Made by a program: the position numbers and the translations under genes. Under the pieces are notes generated by a model that saw only the letters and a list, made by a program, of their open reading frames with translations, searched no databases and was not told where the DNA came from. A DNA stretch of 64,000 nt from Felis catus. Lineage: Eukaryota. Of the stretch, positions 36,801 to 49,000 are shown in pieces (within the stretch, counting starts at the first letter, position 1; each line of letters begins with the position of its first letter). The stretch spans positions 8,494,001-8,558,000 of the forward strand of contig NC_058379.1 in NCBI RefSeq assembly GCF_018350175.1, written 5' to 3'.

Positions 36801-39233
36801 TAACACAGAACCCAAAGGCCTCTCACTAATTTCTGGTTGCGGTGAGGGGAGCAATTTCAATTCTATGATGTATAAACTTAGATTCACTTTATTTTTCCTT
36901 GGAAATTTTGTAGCCCTTACAGTTACCTCAGAAAAACACAGACATATATCAATGTGTATATACATAAAAATGCATATGTACATATAAATAANNNNNNNNN
37001 NNNNNNNNNNNNNNNNNNNNNNNNNNNNNNNNNNNNNNNNNNNNNNNNNNNNNNNNNNNNNNNNNNNNNNNNNNNNNNNNNNNNNNNNNNNNNNNNNNNN
37101 NNNNNNNNNNNNNNNNNNNNNNNNNNNNNNNNNNNNNNNNNNNNNNNNNTTCATTTAAAAAAATTTTTTTAACGTTTATTTTTAAGAGAGAAAGAGGGAC
37201 AGAGCTCAAGCGGACAAGGGCAGAGAGGGAGGCACAGAATCGGAATCAGGCCCCAGGCTCCGAGCCGTCAGCTCAGAGCCCAACTTGGGCTCAAACTCAC
37301 GAACTGTGAGATCATGACCAGAACCGCTTAACTGTTTTCACCCAGGCGCTCCTGTTTTCATTTTTTCAAGTTTGTTTTTATTTATTTTGAGAGAAAGAGA
37401 CAGAGAGCAAGCAGAGGAGGGGTAGAGAGAAAGGGAGACAGAATCCCAGGTTGGCTCTGTGCTGTTAGCAGAGAGCCCGATGCAGGGCTCAAACTCACGA
37501 ACCATGAGATCATGACCTGAGCTGAAGTCAAGAGTTAGACACTTAACCAACTGAGCCACCCAGACACCTTCATATATATATATATTTTTTTGGTGATAAT
37601 TCCCCTTATGGATATGAAATGATACTTCATTGTTACTTTCTGTTTCCCTAATAGTGAGCATCTTTTCTTGTGGTTATTGGCCTTTTGTGTGTCTTATTTG
37701 GAGACATCCAGTCTATTCAAGTCCTATGCTCATTTTTCAATTGGGTGTTTGTCACTGAGTTTAACTGTTATCTTTAAATGTTTAATTTTCTGTGAAGAAA
37801 GGCTACCAAGCTTTTGACAAGTTAAATGTTAGTCCAGGCTATAATACGCATCTCAGAAATAATGAAGAGCAGGGACACAAAAGATATAGTCTTAGATAAT
37901 TAGCCCACATTTATCACTCGAAAAAGGATTTAAAAAAATAAGCTTTTATTACTATAGATTCCAAATTATATTTTAAGGGTCATAATGACATAATTTCCAG
38001 ATAATTGTTTCTTTGTTGGCAAACTAGTTAGTCCTTTAGTATGCAAATATAACACTTACTTATCTGCATTAACTCTCCAATTTGTCAAAATCTTTTTCTT
38101 TTTTTAAATTTTTTAGATGTTTATTTATTTTTGAGAGAGGGAGACAGAGTGCAAGCAGGGGAGGGGCAGAGTGAGAGGGAGACGCAGAATCCAAAACCAG
38201 CTCTGGGCTCCAGGCTCTTGGCTATCAGCACAGAGCCCGACACCGGGCTTGAATCCATGAACTCTGAGATCATAACCTGAGCTGAAGTCGGATGCTTGAC
38301 CAACTGAGTCACCCAGGCATCCCTGTCAAAATCTTGAAGAAATAAATAACTAAAATTTAATATGTAAAATTGTAATGGACTTTGTTGTCAATATTGAAAC
38401 AAAAGTGTGCTTATTTAATTCAACTTACTGAATGTAAACTTTTAACTTAAAAATCTGTTCTGCCAGCTTTATTTGTAATAGCCTAAAACTGGAAACAACC
38501 CAAATGTCACCAACAGGTGGATAGATATATATCAAGAATAAAAAGGAATGAACTATTGTTACACATCACACAGATGGATTTCAGTATAATTATGCTGAGT
38601 GAAAGAAGCCAGTAACAAACAGAATATATGCTGTATGTTTACATTTATATTAAACTCAAGAAAATGCAAACTACTCTATAGTGATACTAACTGTAGTGAT
38701 AGAAAGCACATTACTGGTTGCCTGGAGCGGAAGAGTGTGTGGGGACTTAGCGAGTGTTTCAAAGAGTTATTTCCTGGTTAAATTTCACCAGATACTGTTT
38801 TCCCTCAAACTGTTAATGAAGTTTTTACCCTAGATTAAGTTACTGATCTCAATATGTCTGAAACTGAAAACTAGTTTCATTCTCCTAGATATGTCTCAAA
38901 TTGCATTTTGTATTAAAAGACTATTAGTCTACCCACATCGGTACTAAAAACATGAAATAACAGAAATTATGTAAAAATAAGTTTTAGTAAATTTCTGCAA
39001 AGCCCTTTGTGTTTTAACACTGCCTCATTAAAGGTATAAAATTTGTGTTATTCTATCTTCTATCTTGAGTTTAATACTAACATACTAAAATCAAATGAAT
39101 GATAAAATATTGTAAATCTTTAAAGTGCAAGTCTTGCATGCATATTCTTGTCTAGTATAGTTTGACATACGATAAACTAAACAACATAGTTTGCATCTCA
39201 CCTGAGTTCAAAATAATGTAGTCTATATATAAT

Positions 39234-39285
<52 letters not shown>

Positions 39286-42200
39286 AAATATTTGTAAATA
39301 TCTTAGACTTTTGTATGCTCTAAAACCAAATGGCATATCATACAGCCTCTTGAACTTTAACAGAGTGACTCGTATTCCTACTGCAGGGTTGTCAGGGACA
39401 TGTGTAAATATATAGATATTAATAATTAATTTATTGAGTACATCTTTGCTCATGAAATTCACCTAATAATGTCCTGCCCACAGACAGAATCAAAGATGGA
39501 CCCAACACACACATAGCCAAGCTGCAAGAGTTATGGAAAACTCCTCAAATTCAAGCAATTAACATCCCTAAATCAATGACAGATGCGTCTTTTCTAAAGG
39601 TATGCTAACTAAATACCAATGCTTTGTTTAAATGCCAAATTCTTTGTATTCAGAGCTGAACTTTTTATTGGAGATCTGCTGCTTAGAGGGTAAGGCACTT
39701 GAGAAGACAAGGTACACCCAGCATATTGTCTAGGACTCCATAAATATCTGTGGAGTAAACTCAGGAATGTATGCAAGGATTTTATCATTATAGATTTCTC
39801 ATCATAAGAGTTCATTTAGGGCTTCATGATACTTGACATCTAATGTACCTTCACTCAGAAAGCTTAATGGCCCTGAGGAAAGTTACATTCCAGAGATGGA
39901 AACCCAAACTCCTAGATTTCACTGAAGGACTGCAAAATTAGAGGCAAGCTAATAAAGAAAATGGCTATAAGCATTTTATAACTGTTGAACCTCTATTACC
40001 TTTTAAAGGTCATATCTGCCAGATGTGTCCCTGTTAGAGGAAAGCAAATTAAGGTTACAAAAGATCTGTGCAAATTGGTCAGATTTTTTTGACCAGCATT
40101 TTGAGTTTTCACTGAATTTATTACCTATTCAGTTCAGTAAATCCCATGTGTGTATACACACATACAGACACAGTGTAGCCTTGCATTTTAAGTGAGTGTT
40201 ACCTTCTAAAATCAGCAAGTGAAAATCTTAAGTCAAAATTACTTTCATCAAAGACCGATAGACTATTCCCCAGTTTGTTCAACGCAGTTATTCTTCTGGT
40301 GCTAGAAAAGACTATTTCTTTAGTTAAGACTAAGTAGAGTAGTTGAGTAGTTGAGACCACATGATACCTCAAAAATATTTGGAAGGTAAGATGCCCACAT
40401 TCACTGAGAGGCACACAGGAACTAAGTCTCACTGACAGAACAGCGAATCTCTACTCTCCTTTTTTTTTTCCTTTTTTTTTTTTTCAACGTTTATTTATTT
40501 TTGGGACAGAGAGAGACAGAGCATGAACAGGGGAGGGTCAGAGAGAGAGGGAGACACAGAATCGGAAACAGGCTCCAGGCTCTGAGCCATCAGCCCAGAG
40601 CCCGACACGGGGCTCGAACTCACGGACCGCGAGATCGTGACCTGGCTGAAGTTGGACGCTTAACCGACTGCGCCACCCAGGCGCCCCTTTTTTTTCCTTT
40701 TTAAACGTTTATTCATGTTTTGATAGAGACAGAGCATGAGTGGGGGAGGGGCAGAGAGGGAGGGAGACACAGAATCAAGAGGGAAGCTCCAGGCTCTGAA
40801 CTGACAGCGGGGCTTGAGCTCACAGACTGTGAGATCAACCTGAACCGAAGTCGGACACTTAACCGACTGAGCCACCCAGGTGCCCCAACTCTCCTTATTC
40901 TTCTAGATCACTGGTTCTCAAACTTCATTGGGCATTTGAATCACTTGAGTGCAAACAGGAGGAGGCAGGGTCACTTGTACTGTTTAAATGGCCATTTCTT
41001 TCTTTCTTTTCTTTCTTTCTCTTTTTGGACAAATTAGGATAGTTGAATTGGAATAAATAAAAATACAGATGGTTCAGCTGTCCTCAACATTCAGCCTTTC
41101 AGATAAAGAATCTTGGCAATCTCTGTTCTACAATGCCTATAAACCTTGTTTGTATTTTAGCAGCCAGACCTCACCTTAGGCCAGAAGCGTTATCTGTGCA
41201 GCATTGCTAAGATCTATAATGCAAACTACCTGCGGATATTAATGAAGAAGCAGTATATCCATGTGATCCAGCGCAACTCACAAAAGCCAGGCAGGTGCAC
41301 CTCATTCGTTTCTCACTAGTTCTGGCAAGAAACAAGAGGGCCTTCTAACAGAGCTGGTCTGTATGACAGGTATCTTCACTCATCACAGAAGCCGCCTCAG
41401 TTCTCGTTACTCACAAAAGCAGCATTACCCCTGCACCACATGGCGACACCAGTTGGAGAGAGTGGACTTGGGGCCTTCTAACATCGCAGCTGCACCTGCA
41501 CCTGAAATGATCCTGCAACATTCACTCTGGCGACCAGTGAGAAACAAAGAAGGGTCTGTTTCTTATTGTTTAAAAGGAGGAAAATATATCCCAATTTTAT
41601 CTGAAGGGTAGCTAAATGAGATGAAAGCTTGTTTCCTAATATGTTCATTTTGCTACATTCAGAGTAGGTTAGACAAAAAGCACAAAAGGATGTTATCTTA
41701 TGGTCTCTTTACTGATCTGACTGGAATATGCCACTCCTTTTAGAACATCTTTTGTGGAATTGTAAAAATTTCTTGATCAGCTAGAAATATGGAAGACTGC
41801 CCTTTTTAGTAATTCCCACTCAAATTTAAAATAATACAAACACTTCCAAAAGGAGCATATGGTTGCTTCTGCACAGGGGACTACTATAAACAAAAAAGTA
41901 AAGAAAAAAGAAAATAAGCCTGATTATTCAACCTGTACTACAATAGTGAGCTTTGCATTTCAGGGTTAATAAGTCACAGGAGAATTCAGAGATTGAAAGA
42001 GTCTTTTTGGTGATACTCGCAGCTTAATAAAAAGAATTTGTATGGTCTTCTCCATGCATTAGACAGTTGTTCATTTCACTGGCTCCAATTAAGATACTTC
42101 TCTTTCTTACAGTTTAAAAACTGGATATGCATCCAAAACAAGATGTAAGTCACTGAAGATTTTTAGAAAACCAGGCAGACTGTTCATGCAATCAGGTAAA

Positions 42201-43940
42201 TGTGGATTTTTTTTTAATGTTTATTTTTGAGAGAGAAAGAGAGCATGAGTGGAGGAGGAGCAGAGAAAGGGAGACAGAACTCGGAGCAGGCTCCAGGCTC
42301 TGAGCTGTCAGCACAGAGCCTGACACAGGGCTCAAACTCACAGACCGCAAGATCATGACCTGAGCCAAAGTCGGACGCTTAACTGACTGAGCCACCCAGG
42401 TGCCCCCCCCCACTTTTTTAAACACAGAATTTTAAAATAGCATTTTTAAAGATCTTATGTTAAAAAATACATTTTTTAAATGTTTATTTTTGAGAGGGAG
42501 AGTGTGAGCAGAGGAGGGGCAGAGACAGACAGGGACAGAGGATCTGAAGCAGACTGCACCAACAGCAGAGAGCCAGATGCAGGACTTTAACTCATGAACC
42601 AGAGATCATGACCTGAGCCAAAATCAGATGCTCAACAGACTTAGCCACCCAGGTGCCCCATGCTTAAAAAATATTAACCCAATATAGTTTCATTTCTATT
42701 ACAGAAGACATTAAAAATATAGAATATTATTTGCTTTTAATTCTCCAAATAAAATAAATATGAAATATAGTTTCTGCATTTATCTAAATGGACATGCTGC
42801 TGAGGGGAGTAAAATTCAAGGCACTTCTAATTCTAAACAAAGATATTCATAATATCACGGTCGGAGACTTAACAGAGAATGAATTTCTGAGAACTCACAG
42901 CCACAAACATGAGTTTTTTAAGCCATAGCATTTTTATGAGATAGTGTCATTTTTGGATGGACAACATATTTTATATAGCATCATAGTTTACAAAGGGCTG
43001 TATCACCTATATCATTTTGTTTAATATTCAACAACCCAGTGGAAGCAAGCCAACCAAGTGATATTATCACAATTTTATGGGGCAACTCAGAAAAATCTAG
43101 ACTTGGTAAGAATCAGCATAAAGGATCCTTCTATCACAAGTACAGAATACCACAAAATGAAAAAGGCAAAAGAGGAAGAAAGAATGCTCAGTATTCCTCA
43201 GAATTGATAACGTGGCGAGGACTAAGTGGAAGTTAAACAATTTCCTAGTTGCTACACAATGAGTAGTGGGTAGGAAGGAAGTGGGGAAGTTAGGCCTTCT
43301 GAACGCCTGGCTCCTTGCTGTATGACAGTGCTGCTCAGCTCTGCTTAAATACCATAGTATACCTGTCCAAGAAATGAGGGAAATGGCAGGGGAAAAAGTA
43401 AGTCTGGGTCCAGAAAGAATAGCTGGACGAACTGCAGTGCAGATAGGGGGAAAGTGTCTGTGGTCACCAATGGAAGGGAGATGGGCAAGGACTTCAGGCT
43501 TACTGAGATGAGACTGCTGAAGCCCTAACTTTCGCATAACCAAGAGATTTTGAAAGCAAAGAGAAAACAAGACTCAGTAACAGAGAATTTGCTATAAGTT
43601 GGCCTGAATACAGTACTTACTACAACTCTTATTTTACAAAGTTAAGAGATTTGGGGGAAGGGAGAAGTGATTAAGTTTTGAAAATTGCGGGCCATTTATT
43701 TCTGCGAAAGGTTATTACTAAGGTAGGCCATTTTGAAGGTTGTTCTTATGTACAGATCTCAATATTCAGGATGAAATACAACTTTATTTCCAAAACAGAT
43801 ATTATAAACTTATTTTCCTTTCAGTTTCTGCAAATGATTCTGAATCATACATGAATGAAGAAAAAAAGGAAGAAGATTTACTAAATAAGTATATGCAATC
43901 AATGTCAATTGAAGAACAAGAACATGTGATGTTAACTTGA
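33802..43940 (+). CDS. FAM216A: Protein FAM216A, 7 coding exons, 253 aa
   Basis: Exons 33802-33893, 35464-35504, 39484-39599, 41161-41290, 41370-41553, 42113-42195, 43825-43940 sum to 762 nt; MPGQGPVSDWTE...PDLTLGQKRYLCSIAKIYNANYL...QSMSIEEQEHVMLT* matches recalled FAM216A; position agrees with synteny. Confidence 0.93.
35205..35388 (-). mobile_element. Degenerate CanSINE
   Basis: acgtttatttattta tail and agccacccaggcatccc head. Confidence 0.75.
35464..35504 (+). CDS. FAM216A: FAM216A exon 2 (41 nt)
   Basis: cag|ATCACCT...GGTATTG|gtgagt; SPGLSYYQNSKGI. Confidence 0.9.
35632..36597. mobile_element. Four CanSINEs: 35632-35833 (+), young 35918-36135 (-), 36150-36350 (-), young 36383-36597 (+)
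   Basis: TSDs ttttaagggtttttaaaa and aaaagagtacttca around the young copies. Confidence 0.93.
37163..38323 (-). mobile_element. CanSINEs 37163-37351, 37360-37569, 38095-38323 plus an L1 fragment (~37590-37760)
   Basis: SINE bodies; gagcatcttttc..tggttattggcc..tgtgtgtctt L1 antisense motif. Confidence 0.85.
38455..38740 (+). mobile_element. Old L1M 3' fragment
   Basis: tttatttgtaatagcctaaaactggaaacaacccaaatgtc; tatgctgagtgaaagaagccag. Confidence 0.8.
39224..39284. repeat. (TA)n(GA)n compound microsatellite
   Basis: Read directly from the sequence. Confidence 0.95.
39484..39599 (+). CDS. FAM216A: FAM216A exon 3 (116 nt)
   Basis: cag|(D)RIKDGPNTHIAKLQELWKTPQIQAINIPKSMTDASFLK|gtatg. Confidence 0.93.
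40460..40886 (-). mobile_element. Young SINEC_Fc-type copy (40460-40687) inserted in the tail of an older CanSINE (40690-40886)
   Basis: Repeated ttttttttttcctttt at both junctions. Confidence 0.92.
41161..41290 (+). CDS. FAM216A: FAM216A exon 4 (130 nt; NAGNAG acceptor, GC donor)
   Basis: tag|QPDLTLGQKRYLCSIAKIYNANYLRILMKKQYIHVIQRNSQKP|gcaggt. Confidence 0.9.
41370..41553 (+). CDS. FAM216A: FAM216A exon 5 (184 nt)
   Basis: cag|GIFTHHRSRLSSRYSQKQHYPCTTWRHQLER...HSLWRPVRNKEG|gtctgt. Confidence 0.93.
42113..42195 (+). CDS. FAM216A: FAM216A exon 6 (83 nt)
   Basis: cag|LKTGYASKTRCKSLKIFRKPGRLFMQS|gtaaat. Confidence 0.94.
42207..42659 (-). mobile_element. Two CanSINEs in FAM216A intron 6
   Basis: 42207-42406 and 42470-42659. 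Confidence 0.9.
43825..43940 (+). CDS. FAM216A: FAM216A exon 7 coding part with TGA stop
   Basis: cag|VSANDSESYMNEEKKEEDLLNKYMQSMSIEEQEHVMLT*. Confidence 0.94.
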
Positions 43941-44129
43941 CAATCTTGTCTTGTGAGTCAATGAGGTGCCAAAGGTGGGGGGTTGGGGTTGTGAATTGTG
44001 TCCTCTCTCTACATTTAGGATAGTATTGTTATTCACCAGTAAGTCATTAAGTAATTTTAGTTTGTTCAGAAACTTTTACAACAGTGTAATTGGTTTGATG
44101 TAGTTCCATGTGCTAATTGATACTTGTGT

Positions 44130-44135
44130 AATAAA
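44130..44135 (+). terminator. FAM216A: Probable FAM216A polyadenylation signal AATAAA
   Basis: AATAAA about 190 nt after the stop, followed by a U/GU-rich tract. Confidence 0.7.
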
Positions 44136-44841
44136 ATTTATGTGTAATATTTGCTTGTATTTCTAGCTAGATACAATTAAAAATTTTCTTGTGGCTTAAA
44201 ATTGAATTATTTTTCTTTAACCCTGAGAGGTAAATTGTATAATTATTTTTCTGCTTACAGTAAGTCCTAAAACAGCAACATTGGAATTCCCTACAAATTA
44301 TTTTTTTGACTGGGCTAAGGAAAGCCCTGAAATATCCTGATACAGAACAGCACTTGATAGACATAGCACCCTGATTTGTAAAGAAGGTGCTTAATAAATA
44401 TTTGCTGCTTGAAAACAACTTAAAAATATCAATTTGCCCTATTTTATGAAAATTGCCACACAAACCCTTGGCCTCTCAAGCTAGAGTTGGGAGTAACTGT
44501 ACTAATCAGAGGATTCTTTACATTATGTATTCACTCTAGTGTGCTTCCGGAATTTCTAAACATTACTGTTTAAAAAAATACGTATACACACATACACATA
44601 AACACAGTTAAAACTTGAAAAATAGGAATAGGGCAATTTAAAGCAACAGTTTGAGGAATTATTGCTGATTTAATATGTCAATATAGTATATTCTTTGGAA
44701 AATCAAATCTGAGCCCAACATTATGACCCAGAATGTTGTAAGAAATGAGAGCACCCTGAAAGGTCACTCCATCTACCTCATCACTTTAATGCCTAGGTGC
44801 ATTTAATTTCCTTTTATTTTTTATTTAAAATAATTTTTAAC

Positions 44842-45290
44842 TTTATTTTTTAATGTTTTATTTATTTTTGACAGAGAGAGACAGAGCATGAGCGGGGGAG
44901 GGGCAGAGAGAGAGGGAGACACAGAATCCAAAGCAGGCTCCAGGCTCTGAGCTGTCAGCACAGAGCCCGATGCAGGGCTCGAACCCATGGACTGTGAGAT
45001 CATGACCTGAGCTGAAGTTGGACGCTCAACTGACTGAGCCACCCAAGGCACCCCAAGAATTTTTAACTTTAAAAAAAATGTGTATTTATTTTTGAGAGAG
45101 AGAGAGAGCAGGGAAGGGGCAGAAAGAGAGAGACTGAGGAACTGAAGTGGGTTCCACACGGACAGCAGAGAGCCCAATGCGGGGCTCAAACCCATGAACC
45201 ACAAGATCATGATCTGAGCCAAAGTTGGGTGCTTAACCGACTGAGCCACCCAGGAGCCTATTTTATTTCTTTTTTTTAAAGTTTATTTAT

Positions 45291-45338
<48 letters not shown>

Positions 45339-45487
45339 CGCACACACACAGGTGCAGGGGAGAGGTGGGGGGGGGGGTGGGCAGGAATCCCAAACAGGCT
45401 CTGCCTTGTCAGCACAGATCTCACAAACTGTGAGATCATGACCCAAGACAAAATTAAGAGTTGGATGCTTGACCAGCCAGTCACCCC
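44842..45487 (-). mobile_element. Three tandem CanSINEs between the convergent FAM216A and VPS29 3' ends
   Basis: 44842-45054, 45075-45259, 45268-45487. Confidence 0.9.
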
Positions 45488-45545
45488 TTTTATGATTTTA
45501 AAAAATTACAAGTTTACCAAGAAAGTATAAATGAAAGGTTAATTG

Positions 45546-45551
45546 TTTATT
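45546..45551 (-). terminator. VPS29: Probable VPS29 polyadenylation signal AATAAA
   Basis: tttatt on + strand about 345 nt downstream of the stop. Confidence 0.7.
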
Positions 45552-45894
45552 AGTGAAGAGAAAAATGTATACAAGAAAGTCTAGATTCTTTTTCCTCATG
45601 CACTACTTTTGTAATAAAGTTCCAAATATCAACTTTGAAGATATTTACAAGGATAAATTTTTCTTAACACGTGACCATTTACTGGGTGGTGGACATTTTT
45701 TCATATAAATCATATATGGGAACGGAATATATTCTTAACAGTTTATAAGAAGCTTGGAACACTGTATTAACAGAAGATATTATATTTTACTGCAAAATAT
45801 TATAAAAGTGATACAATTCTGTGGCTCATAAATGTTTAATTACTTGATTTGAACAGGGAATGAAAAAAAAAACCCAGCAAGATAGGCCTGGCTT

Positions 45895-46012
45895 TTAAGA
45901 TTTTTTGTATTCAATTCGTTCTACTTTCACATCATCTCCAATTAGCTGATACACATAAGTGACAACTGTAGAAGCCTGGATATCCATCAACACAAATGAA
46001 GGAATAATGTTT
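45895..46012 (-). CDS. VPS29: VPS29 last exon coding part with TAA stop
   Basis: cag|[38 protein letters not shown]. Confidence 0.97.
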
Positions 46013-49000
46013 CTGAAAGAAAATATAAATAATGTCAGTGTTTTGTACTAAAAAGCACCGCACTAAAAATTTCAATTTACAATGACAATTTGGATTCAAG
46101 GAGAATTCGAGTTGTTACGTATTAAAAAGAATAATCACCCAAATAAGAATGCCAAAAAGGCTGTCACTGAAATGGCTGCATTTCTCCTTTATGAAACACG
46201 ACACATGCAATTATTAACTTTAAAAAAATCCCCAAATTCCTACTCACGTTTCCAAGNNNNNNNNNNNNNNNNNNNNNNNNNNNNNNNNNNNNNNNNNNNN
46301 NNNNNNNNNNNNNNNNNNNNNNNNNNNNNNNNNNNNNNNNNNNNNNNNNNNNNNNNNNNNNNNNNNNNNNNNNNNNNNNNNNNNNNNNNNNNNNNNNNNN
46401 NNNNGAATAACTTGATGCCCATGGATCAAACCAATTTTGAACTGCCCAACAGTCACAACTTTCTGTTCTGGATAATTCAGATTCTAAGATAAGAAACAGA
46501 CATGAAAACATATATATATTTCAGAGATACTTATGTTTAAAAAACAACCTGCTTAAACATTCAATCCCATATGGATGTTTTGATACAGTGCTCCACAACC
46601 AATACATTTATTAAATATATATGTATTTAAAAAAAAATTTTAATGTTTATTTTTGAGAGAGAAAGGGAGTGTGAGAAGGGAGCGGTCAGAGAGAAAGGGA
46701 GACACAGAATCCAAAGCAGGCTCCAGGCTCTGAGCTGTCAGCATAGAGCCCAATACGGGGCTTGAACTCACGGACCACTAGATCATGACCTGAGCCAAAG
46801 TCAGACACCCAACCAACTGAGCCACCCAGGCACCCCTATTAAATACATATTTTTAAATGTTTGTTTATTTCTGAGAGAGAGAGAGCACAACCAGGGGAGG
46901 GACAGAGAGGGAGACACAGAATCCGAAGCAGGCTCCAGACTCTGAGCTGTCAGCACAGAGCCCTATGCAGGGCTCAAACTCATGAGCTGTGAGATCATAA
47001 CCTGAGCCAAAGTTAGATGCTTAACCGACTGAGCCACCCAGGCACCCCCCATTTGTTAAATACTTGATTATTTCTCAGTCTCTAAGGCTACAACTATGCT
47101 CAAAACATAACTTATTCCAGGTAAACTGGAATTTATCATGCAATCCCTTTCTTGTGTTTGTTTTTTTTTTTTTTTTTTGTAGAATATAGGTTCTTTGGGG
47201 CATGCTGTGGAGAATAATTACTCCCCCAAATTTGTGAGTTTCCTCTACCTAAGAATTCTAGGCATACGACCTATAAGCTAGGTGTGTTCAAATTATATCC
47301 AAGGCTTTAATAATTATATAGATGGTTTCAAATAATAATGATAGTTAGCACTTATTCAGTACTTAGTATGAAGCAGGCACTATCCCAAGGGCTTTATAAA
47401 CATCAACCTATTTAATACTTACAAACAATCCTAAAAGGTAGCTTCTGTTATGACCCCCATTTTATGGATGAGGAAACTGAGGCACAGAGAGGTTAAAATA
47501 ACTTGCTTAAGGTCACACCTTAGTAATAAGTGGTTGAGCCAAGATCTAAACCCTGGTAGTATGGCTCCACGGTCTGTGAATTTAGCAATCAGAAGCAAAA
47601 AATTTTAATTCTTGCTACTGAAACTGTCTTTAGCATAACACAAGCAGAAACCCAAATATGTTTTTAACAAACCAAACCTATATTCTAATTATTGACAAGA
47701 AGTCTGTGCCTTCCTTCTCATCTCCCTGTCTTTTGCTCTCAGGTGGAAAGTTACCCGAAATCTGTTTTTTAATTTATTTTATTTTTTTAAGTTATTTATT
47801 TTGAGAGAGGGGGGAGAGAACGTGTGCAAAGGAGGGACAGAGGGAGACAGAGAGAATCCCAAACAGGCTCCTCACTGTCAGTGCAGAGCCTGATGCAGGG
47901 CTCAAACTCATGAACAACAAGATCATGACCTGAGCTGAAACCCAAGAGTCAGATGCTAAACTGACTGAACCACCCAGGTATCCCTGAACTCTTTTTTTTT
48001 TTTTTTATCCACTAAAAAAAGAAAAAGACTATACTTACTCAGTTTGATATAAAGGAATCCCATTAAACAGTACAAATTAAGTTAATTTATGAAAAAGCTT
48101 ATATTCCCAGAAATAAAAGGCAATTTTTTACACTAGTATCAGATTTATCATGCTAAATCATACAGTGTTAGTATAAGTAGGGGCCTTAAAAATCATCTAT
48201 TCCAATCATTTACGTGAGAGGAAACTAAGAGGATGTAATTTGCCTAAAATCTCATTATTAACTAATGGGCAAAGCTGGAATCCCAGAACTTCTAACTTTT
48301 TTCCTTAAAGTCAGGTTTATTGAGGTACAATTCACATACAGTAAATTTACCCTTTTTAGTGTACAATTCAAGGGTTTTTGACAAATATAGTCATGTAAGC
48401 TCTGCCACAATCAAACCCAGAGCAGTTCTATCAAGTCCTCAAAACTTCCTCATGCCCCTTTATTGTCAACCCTGGAGTTAGGGAGCCACAGCAGGGTTTT
48501 CAGCAGAGTGGTGATGTGATGTTACTTCGCCTAAAAAGGATCACACTGGTTGCTACTTAGAGAACAAATTGTGGAGGAAGGAAGGGTAGAATGAGAAAGC
48601 TGGAATTTAAGAGTGATATGGTGGCTTGGAACAGGGTAGTAGAGGTGGTGGTGAGAAGTAATAAAAACTTTATAGGGCTCCTGGGTGTCTCAGTCAGTTA
48701 AGCATCTGACTTCATGATCTCACAGTTTGTGAGTTCGAGCTCCTCATTGGGTTCTGTGTTGACAGCTAGGAGCCTGGAGCCTGCTTCTCTCTCTCTCTGC
48801 CCCTTCTCTGCTCGCACTCTCTCTCAAAAATAATAAACATTAAAAAAAAAAAAAAAACTTTATAAACTAAATGATATCACTACAAAAAATAGCAACACAA
48901 TCACTTTTAGTCCATATCAATTTAGTCAGAACAAGTATTTAATATGCCTATTGAGTAATCTACTATCAGTGATTTGCAAAGAGTAAGAAACAAGTATGTG

